A DNA stretch of 64,000 nt from positions 12,090,001 through 12,154,000 of the forward strand of contig OZ024756.1 in NCBI GenBank assembly GCA_964016885.1, in the 5' to 3' direction. The notes below the pieces were generated by a model. It was not told the DNA's origin. It made no database searches and saw only the letters and a list, made by a program, of their open reading frames with translations. Below are positions 52,138 through 62,000 of the stretch, piece after piece. The DNA is from Eledone cirrhosa. Lineage: Eukaryota. Position 1 is the stretch's first letter, and the number at the start of each line of letters is the position of its first letter. The position numbers and the translations under genes are program-made.

Positions 52138-52729
52138 TTCCCATCATCCCACCTTGCCATATTGTGTCATGGCTGATACAGGTTGGGATTGTTGTCACAG
52201 GGCACACGTGCCTGTGAAACCCTCATTAATTTGGACATCCAGTTGATAGAATATTTGAATGTTTATTGTTGAAACCAGCAGAAGATCCTTCCATCTGCTT
52301 TCTGAGAGAGAAGACAATATCACAAGGTGATGGGTTAAACCCTACCTTGTATATATTTCAAATTCCTTCAACTCCATTGTTTGTTGTACTTGTTAAAATA
52401 GTAGAATAGCTAGATGGGCAGGTAGCAACCACAGGTGACATTTTTATGGCTGAGGTACTTTGGGCTCTGATGTATAAGCTTGTATAGGTTGTTATGAAAT
52501 AAAAATGGTTTTAATGTCGGGATTTTCTTCGCAGTTAAATGATCTTTTCAATTTTGAGTAACTTAAACTATGGTGTGTGTATTTAAACAGTTGTTGACAT
52601 TTTTACTTGCTGTGAAACAGTTACCTTTCAAGTTTACGTATATTTGGTGTGCATATAAAATATACTATATTTGAGAATGTGAAAGTAATATTATTGGTGT
52701 GTGTGTGTGCGAGTGTGTATATATATATG

Positions 52730-53326
52730 TCTGTAGAAGACTTGCGTAGATTAGAAAGAAACGAAGCTTGCATGCTCCGATGGATGTGTAATAGTAATAT
52801 ACGCGAACGGCAAAGCATAAACAAATTGAGAAAGAGACTGAGTATAAGAGGAATCAAATGTTGTGTGCAGGACAGGAGGTTGCGTTGGTATGGACATGTG
52901 ATATGTATGAAGGATGACAGCTGCATAAAAAGGTGCAGAACACTAGAAGTCGATGGAAACCGTGGAGTGGGGAGACCCAAGAAGACCTGGGATGAGGTGA
53001 TAAAAGCCGACCTTAACCAATTACACCTCTCAAAGACGATGACACACAACCGTGATCTTTGGCGTCATGCAGTTATACAGAAGACCCGGACTGGGGTCCC
53101 TATCATTCCACTGCAAAGTGGTCGTGTAGGTGCCACGACAAAAAAGCACCCAGCCCACACTGTAAATGAGGTTGGTGTTAGGAAGGGCATCCAGCTGTAG
53201 AAATCAAGCCAGAATCAGTTCCCGCATGAGCAAGACAAGGTCAACTGACCGGACACTGCCCACAACAGGACAACCCGTCTAACCCATGCTAGCGTGGAAG
53301 AATGGATGTAAAACGGTGATGATGAT
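52730..53326 (+). mobile_element. RTE-B 3' fragment fused to SINE-A body
   Basis: ORF end is nearly identical to the 41028-41400 copy, then switches at about 53088 to GGACTGGGGTCCCTATCATTCC. Confidence 0.85.
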
Positions 53327-53497
53327 GTGTGTGTGTGTGTAAGGAGTCGGTGTGAAATATGTTGCATTTTTTGTGGGGAAAGGGGCCTGGTATAGGGAGG
53401 AAATGTAAAGGCTGTCCCGGGTGGCACATACCTACTCTATGTCATTGTGTTAAAATGTCTCTCTCTCTCTCTCCTCCTCCTTCCTTCTCCTATAAAG

Positions 53498-53656
53498 GTG
53501 TTTTCATTTGAAGAAGAATCAGAAATTCCTGAACTGAGAGATTTTGTACACAAGTCAACAAATCTACGGAGAAAAATTGGTTTAAAGCGGTTGGTTCAAA
53601 ATTTAGGGCAGTTTGTGTTTGATCTCGAAAGTTATATTACAGATGGAGGAACGCAG
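53498..53656 (+). CDS. NUGGC: NUGGC-like exon VFSFEEESEIPELRDFVHKST...ITDGGTQ
   Basis: Polypyrimidine tract then taaag|GTG ... CAG|gtgaga. IPxL motif. Confidence 0.88.
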
Positions 53657-53754
53657 GTGAGAGCTATCTTGTCTTTTATTATCTTTTATTTCTCATAAGA
53701 ATGTAACATTTTAATATTATTTTTCCATTTTATATATATATATATTTACGAAGT

Positions 53755-54285
53755 AGGTAGACCCAGAAAAACCCGAGATGACATAAAATCTGACCTAGCA
53801 CACTTACACCTCTCTAAGATACTGTCACTGGATCAAGACCTTTGGCGCTACACAGTAATACAGAAGACTCGCCTTCCCTACATACAAAGTTAAACCTACA
53901 GTCAATAGGCAACTCTTAACCAAATATACACCCCAACCCACTACCCCTACTCCATCCTCCCACTCTCGCCAACACCACCCTTTCTCTGTAAAGTTATGTT
54001 GGTACCACAACATCCAGTCCGAACTAATGAGGTTGTGTAGGTGTCACGACAAAAAGCACCCAGTCCACGCTGTAATGTGGTCGTGTAGGAGACACGGTAA
54101 AAAGGCTCCCAGTCCACACTGTAAATGTGGTTGGTGTTAGGAAGAGCATCCAGCCATAGAAAACCTGCCGGATACAGCCCTATATGAGTGAGACACAGTC
54201 ACCCGACCAATCTTGCCTCAAGTGGGACAATTCCCGTCTAACCCATGCTAGCATGGAAGATGGACGTTAAACGATGATGATGATA
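53755..54285 (+). mobile_element. Older RTE 3' end with the shared module and tail
   Basis: GRPRK-like codons, GGTGTTAGGAAGAGCATCCAG and CCCATGCTAGCATGGAAGATGGACG-(ATG)n. Similar tail fragment at 54912-55070. Confidence 0.7.
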
Positions 54286-54394
54286 TATATATTTGTGTTA
54301 GGTGTGTAACAACAGTTAGAGGCAGCGTGCCGTTTGAAGTACTCAATGTTGTCACAAGATCCACTTCATTTGGGTTGTATTCCAGATAAACTCA

Positions 54395-54481
54395 CATATC
54401 TAATGAGATGTCAAAAAAGAGTCGGGCCCTGTCACCTGGATTGTACCCTGAGCTGATCGATATCGAAACAATTGTAATATG
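54395..54481 (+). ncRNA. Hammerhead motif, core variant CTAATGA
   Basis: catat-CTAATGA-gatgtc...gatatc-GAAA-caattg-TA-atatg, followed by AATAAA. Confidence 0.65.
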
Positions 54482-54597
54482 CAAATAAAGTTTGTACATA
54501 TGCTGCAACACTGACTTTGACTCTTCTAAATATATATATATATATATAAAATAAAGTTAAATAAAAGTCAAATGATTAAAATTTAGCTTCGTTTATT

Positions 54598-54652
54598 ACT
54601 GCTATATATATTTCAGTGACAGCCATCTTTGGCTGTGACCTCTTCAGGCAGT
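54598..54652 (-). ncRNA. Minimal type-I hammerhead ribozyme, intact core
   Basis: Minus strand: actgc-CTGAAGA-ggtcacagcca aaga tggctgtcact-GAAA-tatata-TA-gcagt, then AATAAA. Confidence 0.85.
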
Positions 54653-56204
54653 TTGAATTAGTATGGTATAGACAAGTACATATGTTGTTTAGGTGTATAA
54701 TATTGTCAATATTAAAGATGGCTGTCACTGAAATATATATAGCAGTAATAAACGAAGCTAAATTTTAATCATTTGACTTTTATTTAACTTTATTTTACAC
54801 TACTCCGGAGTAACCAAACCAACCTGCGCTCTTCATCGAGTGCTCCAGCCTGCATACTGAGGTGTTGGTATACAACCAACATAAACTCAAAATCTATATA
54901 TATATATATATGTAAATGTGGTTGGTGTTAGGAAGAGCATCCAGCCGTAGAAAACCCGCCAGACAGTCCTATACGAGCAAGACAACCACTCTTGCCTCAA
55001 GTGGGAAAACTCCCGTCCAAACCCATGCAAGCGTGGAATATGGACGTTAAACAATGATGATGATGATGATATAGGTTTATGAAGCTAGTAGAAGAAAGCC
55101 AGTACAGCTCTGGCTGTCTCAATAATAAGGTTTGTCCATTAGAAATACAAACCTATTACTCAAAGTTCACACATTAATTAGATAAATGACTGTGTGAGGG
55201 GTAATAATATTTGTATGGAAAGTTAAACCTCACCATAAATTTATATATGACTCCTTCCTTTTTGTTAAATTAGAGTAATAATGAAAAAAGATTTTACTTA
55301 AATCCCTCCAAACTTTATTTTCAAAATTAATTGAAACATTAAAAATGGTAATGAAGAGGTTAAACTAGTTCATTAGGTTTGTGTATTTACCATATCTATT
55401 TCTGTGATATTGTTATTAGAGCTGCAGTTTTTGCTGTTATATTGTTGGTGGGTAACCCTCACTAGTTCTATATAAAACATACATCTGGTAACATGTGAAT
55501 AGGCAATTGTATATTCAGGTGTGACCTTCAGATTTTGTATAAGGAATACAGGGAATATATGTCATGCTTTGATTCAAAGTTATAGTTCTCATTCTTCCAA
55601 CTAGTTTGAATGTATGAGAAAGAAGGAGTTTGGGGTCATTTTCAATGTTGTATGTCTCTACCAGTTGTTTCTGCTGTGGCTATTTAGCCAAAGATTAAAA
55701 CTTCTTTTTACTGTATAACAAAAATACATTCTGGCTTTGTCTTTCCATAAAATTCTGAGAGGTTTAACCCTTAACATCCTGTAATAATTTAACAGGAAAA
55801 TGTCTAAAAAACAATTTTGTTAATCTAAATATTTATGGTATCTTTACTAATGGTCAAATCATTGTGAAAATTTGAGGTATTAGAGTAAATACTATAATTT
55901 TTAATGTGACATAGTCATAATACTGTTTTGTCCTTTTCACGAATGTCTTGCTAATGTGGTTTCATGCAGTACAGAACGTTAAGAGTTAACCCTTTAGCAG
56001 TTACATTACTCTGTATATACTATTATATTTTCATGGTAAACACTATATTTCACATAATTATCTCGCATAATAGCAAATCTATGAGATTTTGATATTATTT
56101 ATTTTGAGAACAATACCTTAATATCAGTATGAGCAGCCGGTTTGAACAGAAAGAGGTGAGGGAATTCTGGACTGATACAGCCAGTTTAAATGCTAAAGGG
56201 TTAA

Positions 56205-56601
56205 CAGGGCTGGATTTACGTATAAGCTAAACAAGCTATAGCTTTGGGGCCCCGAAAAAATTGAAAAAAAACGGTGTGTACATTTCCAAAATATAAGATA
56301 AAAAAAGAACTAAAATAATGCAATAGTTTTAAACAGTTTTCTGCTTTAATATTAAACGTTTTGCAGTTTTTATAACATAAAATGGATTGGTAGAGGGTCG
56401 GACGCTATGCTTTGCAGCACAGAGTTACGCCCCTTTATGATCTGAGTTCAAATCCCGCCAAGGTTAACTTTGCTTTTCATCCTTACGGGGTCGATAAAAT
56501 AAAGTAGCAGTAATGCACTGGGTAATTGCTGGCCTTGTGCCAAAAGTAGAAACAATTATCTCAAATAGCTTAGGGCCTCATCAAATCTAAATCCGGCACT
56601 G
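56205..56601. mobile_element. hAT-like MITE with 8-bp TSD, containing a SINE-B (56384-56558)
   Basis: TIRs CAGGGCTGGATTTA / TAAATCCGGCACTG. TSD AGGGTTAA at 56197-56204 and 56602-56609. Confidence 0.85.
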
Positions 56602-56665
56602 AGGGTTAATGAAATAAACAAAATTGATAATTTTTATACATATTGAAATCTTATATTATCCTTCT

Positions 56666-56826
56666 AGTGTCTGTCCTTAGGGCATCAACATATGTTAACC
56701 TTGGTCTTCCTCTTCCAGTGTGTCCATGTTGGAGACGCAGGACATGGCAGCGATAATGAGGGACAGAGACCGCTGGAGAGAACTCATCCATGGATCTCGG
56801 GAATTTTACCCGCCCTAGATAGATAG
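56666..56826 (+). mobile_element. LINE family C 3' fragment with 5' inversion and 11-bp TSD
   Basis: TSD ATTATCCTTCT at 56655 and 56827. 56666-56728 is inverted relative to the copy at 11724-11891. Confidence 0.8.
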
Positions 56827-56955
56827 ATTATCCTTCTTTAGTCAAAGATATAAATTTCAATTCCAGCATCTTAATATACACAAATGGTGTTGTTTGTTTT
56901 TTATTGTTATTTCTATTTGGCTTTTGAAATTCTATTTCAATTATTTTTGTTGCAG

Positions 56956-57156
56956 AGTCACGGTACTCGGGAGAGTGTACGGTCTACATTTGAAGGAAGT
57001 TTAAATTCACTCATGTCTGACTTAAACCCTATTATGGAGGGTCTTGCCTCTGAGATTGAGGAACTCTTCAACAGTCAAATCTACTGTAAGATGAATGAAG
57101 GTGTAGACACTGCCAAAAACACTTCCAACTATACTGCTGCCAAATGGTGTTCACCG
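56956..57156 (+). CDS. NUGGC: NUGGC-like exon SHGTRESVRSTFEG...AAKWCSP
   Basis: ttgcag|AGT ... CCG|gtgaga. 201 nt, phase 0/0. Confidence 0.85.
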
Positions 57157-58853
57157 GTGAGATGCATTTTAATAAATATTTTTTTTATTTCAAATCTTTA
57201 TTCTTTTACTGGCTTCACTCATTAAACTATGGTCATGCTAGGGCACCACCTTTATTTTAATCAATCGTCAATCATATTAAGACCAGTAAATCTCTGTTTT
57301 TGTCAATCTGCTAAGTTACTGGACATTAATGTCAACACACACACACAATATCCTCTATTATCGCTAAGTGATGAATCTTGTTATTCTGGAATTTCATCTG
57401 TGTAGGAAGCCAACAAAATCCAATTTTGTAGGAAGCCAGTTAAATTCAGATAGGTTTAAGCTGTTATATCCACATCATATTTACAATGTCACTATATTTA
57501 GATTACCATTATCTACACATTAATGATGGTGAATTGGTAGAATCCTTACAGTATTAGACTAAAAACTTTACCGCATTTAGAAATAACCATTTACGTTTTG
57601 AGTTCAAATCCAGGCAAGGTCAATTTTGTCTATTATCCTAATCTCAGTTGATAAAATAAAGAACCAGTAAAGTACTGGGCTTGATATAATTGACTTGTTC
57701 CTTTTCTGTAAAATTATTGGCATTTTGGCAAAATTAAAGATTGTATCTACATTACCATACCACTCTTTCTACATAAAATATTTTTATAGATAAAAATCTG
57801 GATGGTCATGGTTAGAAACTGAAATTTAATTTCAAATCGTAATTCATTAAAAAATACCAATTTATTATATTTTTTATTAATTTTGATAAGTTAGGAACAA
57901 TTAAAATTATTTTTTCTTTGTTTTTTGTTGTTGTTTTTTCTTACCCTCTTCCTTTGAACTTGCTTGACCAATAATTTCCCCATGTCCTCACTCAAGTGAT
58001 AACATCTGATTTTTTTTTCATCAGTCAGATATTTAGGCTGGAGGAAATATTTTTTTTTATTATTATATTTGTGTTGAAATTCTAATCTCTTAATTAAGAT
58101 CAAAAAGCCTTTCTTAGATATTTTTTGAATTAATAATTTATAGAAATTTATCTAATTTCATCTATAATTAATCATCATTTTATATTAGTTGAAAGTATTA
58201 GTTTTAATACTGAAATTGACCTTGATTTATGACACAAAGCTGTTTATTCTAAACTGTTTCTATTTATCTAAAAATCTTCCATCATAATTTTATGTAAAAA
58301 TGTTTCTTATGTTATGCTCCAAACACAAGCTAAATAATAGCAAAATTAGTTATATAACAAAGTCCTTCTAAATTTTTGGTTATTTCCAAAATGATTTGAA
58401 AATTAAATACAGAAATATAATAGTGAAAAGTTTAACCCTTTAGCATTTAAACCGGCCGTATCCGGCCAGAATTCTCTCACCTCTTTCTGTTCAAAATGGC
58501 CATAACCGACTGCTTATACTTATGTTAATGTATTGTTCTCAAAATAAATGATATCAAAATCTTGTAACATAGATATTATGTGAAATATAGCGTTTACCAT
58601 GAAAATACAATAGTAAATATAGTGTAATGTAAATGCTAAAGGGTTAAAGTGTTTGTGTTATTTTCCAAACAAGTTAAATAATGTGAAATTTAGTTCCATA
58701 ACTAAGTCCTTCCAAATTCTTATTTATTTGAAAATTATATACAATATCTTAGAAATATGCTGAAGAAAAGGTTAAAGCTTTTTTTTTGTGTAATTTTTTT
58801 TCTGATTTTTTTTTTTTTCGTTGTTGTTTCTAATTTGCTTCAATTTTATTCAG

Positions 58854-59023
58854 GTAAATCGTGATGACAAGACTAAAGGAGGCCTTCATTTTGCTACATA
58901 TATGGCTACAGTAAGACGTTCTGGACAGTTCAATTCCCCAACATATGGCCCGATAGACTTCAACGAACAGCTCACTGAACCTCTCTTTCGAACTGTTAGT
59001 GTCAGTTGGGGCACTGTGTTTGG
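58854..59023 (+). CDS. NUGGC: NUGGC-like exon VNRDDKTKGGLHFATYMATVRRSGQFNSPTYGPIDFNEQLTEPL...W; last exon visible
   Basis: attcag|GTA ... GG|gtaaga. GLHxxTYxAxxRRxG and DFNxxLxxP C-terminal motifs. The gene continues past the window. Confidence 0.9.
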
Positions 59024-59044
59024 GTAAGAGGAGATTTCATTACG

Positions 59045-62000
59045 GCCCTATAATCTGCAGCCAGTTCATTCTGTAGAGTTGTAGTGCTAGTGTCACAGTA
59101 GCCTGTACCCAGTAGACTCTGTAAAGTTGTAGTGCTAGTGTCACAGTAGCCTGTACCCAGTACACTCTGGAAAGTTGTAGTGCTAGTGTCACAGTAGCCT
59201 GTACCCAGTACACTCTGGAAAGTTGTAGTGCTAGTGTCACAGTAGCCTGTACCCAGTACACTCTGGAAAGTTGTAGTGCTAGTGTCACAGTAGCCTGTAC
59301 CCTGTACACTCTGGAAAGTTGTAGTGCTAGTGTCACAGTAGCCTGTACCCAGTACACTCTGGAAAGTTGTAGTGCTAGTGTCACAGTAGCCTGTACCCAG
59401 TACACTCTGGAAAGTTGTAGTGCTAGTGTCACAGTAGCCTGTACCCAGTACACTCTGGAAAGTTGTAGTGCTAGTGTCACAGTAGCCTGTACCCAGTACA
59501 CTCTGTAAAGTTGTAGTGCTAGTGTCACAGTAGCCTGTACCCAGTACACTCTGTAAAGTTGTAGTGCTAGTGTCACAGTAGCCTGTACCCAGTACACTCT
59601 GGAAAGTTGTAGTGCTAGTGTCACAGTAGCCTATACCCAGTACACTCTGGAAAGTTGTAGTGCTAGTGTCACAGTAGCCTGCACCCAGTACACTCTGGAA
59701 AGTTGTAGTGCTAGTGTCACAGTAGCCTGTATCCAGTACACTCTGGAAAGTTGTAGTGCTAGTGTCACAGTAATCTGCACCCAGTACACTCTGGAAAGTT
59801 GTAGTGCTAGTGTCACAGTAGCCTGTACCCAGTACACTCTGGAAAGTTGTAGTGCTAGTGTCACAGTAATCTGCACCCAGTACACTCTGGAAAGTTGTAG
59901 TGCTAGTGTCACAGTAATCTGCACCCAGTACACTCTGGAAAGTTGTAGTGCTAGTGTCACAGTAGCCTATACCCAGTACACTCTGGAAAGTTGTAGTGCT
60001 AGTGTCACAGTAGCCTGTACCCAGTACACTCTGGAAAGTTGTAGTGCTAGTGTCACAGTAATCTGCACCCAGTACACTCTGGAAAGTTGTAGTGCTAGTG
60101 TCACAGTAGCCTGTACCCAGTACACTCTGGAAAGTTGTAGTGCTAGTGTCACAGTAGCCTGTACCCAGTACACTCTGGAAAGTTGTAGTGCTAGTGTCAC
60201 AGTAGCCTGTACCCAGTACACTCTGGAAAGTTGTAGTGCTAGTGTCACAGTAGCCTGTACCCAGTACACTCTGGAAAGTTGTAGTGCTAGTGTCACAGTA
60301 GCCTGTACCCAGTACACTCTGGAAAGTTGTAGTGCTAGTGTCACAGTAGCCTGTACCCAGTACACTCTGTAACGTTGTAGTGCTAGTGTCACAGTAATCT
60401 GCACCCAGTACACTCTGTAAAGTTGTAGTGCTAGTGTCACAGTAGCCTGTACCCAGTACACTCTGGAAAGTTGTAGTGCTAGTGTCACAGTAGCCTGTAC
60501 CCTGTACACTCTGTAAAGTTGTAGTGCTAGTGTCACAGTAGCCTGTACCCAGTACACTCTGGAAAGTTGTAGTGCTAGTGTCACAGTAATCTGCACCCAG
60601 TACACTCTGTAAAGTTGTAGTGCTAGTGTCACAGTAATCTGCACCCGGTACACTCTGTAAAGTTGTAGTGCTAGTGTCACAGTAATCTGCACCCAGTACA
60701 CTCTGGAAAGTTGTAGTGCTAGTGTCACAGTAGCCTGTACCCAGTACACTCTGTAACGTTGTAGTGCTAGTGTCACAGTAATCTGCACCCAGTACACTCT
60801 GTAAAGTTGTAGTGCTAGTGTCACAGTAGCCTGTACCCAGTACACTCTGGAAAGTTGTAGTGCTAGTGTCACAGTAGCCTGTACCCTGTACACTCTGTAA
60901 AGTTGTAGTGCTAGTGTCACAGTAGCCTGTACCCAGTACACTCTGGAAAGTTGTAGTGCTAGTGTCACAGTAATCTGCACCCAGTACACTCTGTAAAGTT
61001 GTAGTGCTAGTGTCACAGTAGCCTGCACCCAGTACACTCTGGAAAGTTGTAGTGCTAGTGTCACAGTAGCCTGTACCCAGTACACTCTGGAAAGTTGTAG
61101 TGCTAGTGTCACAGTAATCTGCACCCAGTACACTCTGTAAAGTTGTAGTGCTAGTGTCACAGTAGCCTGTACCCAGTACACTCTGGAAAGTTGTAGTGCT
61201 AGTGTCACAGTAATCTGCACCCAGTACACTCTGGAAAGTTGTAGTGCTAGTGTCACAGTAATCTGCACCCAGTACACTCTGGAAAGTTGTAGTGCTAGTG
61301 TCACAGTAGCCTATACCCAGTACACTCTGGAAAGTTGTAGTGCTAGTGTCACAGTAGCCTGTACCCAGTACACTCTGGAAAGTTGTAGTGCTAGTGTCAC
61401 AGTAATCTGCACCCAGTACACTCTGGAAAGTTGTAGTGCTAGTGTCACAGTAGCCTGTACCCAGTACACTCTGGAAAGTTGTAGTGCTAGTGTCACAGTA
61501 GCCTGTACCCAGTACACTCTGGAAAGTTGTAGTGCTAGTGTCACAGTAGCCTGTACCCAGTACACTCTGGAAAGTTGTAGTGCTAGTGTCACAGTAGCCT
61601 GTACCCAGTACACTCTGGAAAGTTGTAGTGCTAGTGTCACAGTAGCCTGTACCCAGTACACTCTGGAAAGTTGTAGTGCTAGTGTCACAGTAGCCTGTAC
61701 CCAGTACACTCTGTAACGTTGTAGTGCTAGTGTCACAGTAATCTGCACCCAGTACACTCTGTAAAGTTGTAGTGCTAGTGTCACAGTAGCCTGTACCCAG
61801 TACACTCTGGAAAGTTGTAGTGCTAGTGTCACAGTAGCCTGTACCCTGTACACTCTGTAAAGTTGTAGTGCTAGTGTCACAGTAGCCTGTACCCAGTACA
61901 CTCTGGAAAGTTGTAGTGCTAGTGTCACAGTAATCTGCACCCAGTACACTCTGTAAAGTTGTAGTGCTAGTGTCACAGTAATCTGCACCCGGTACACTCT

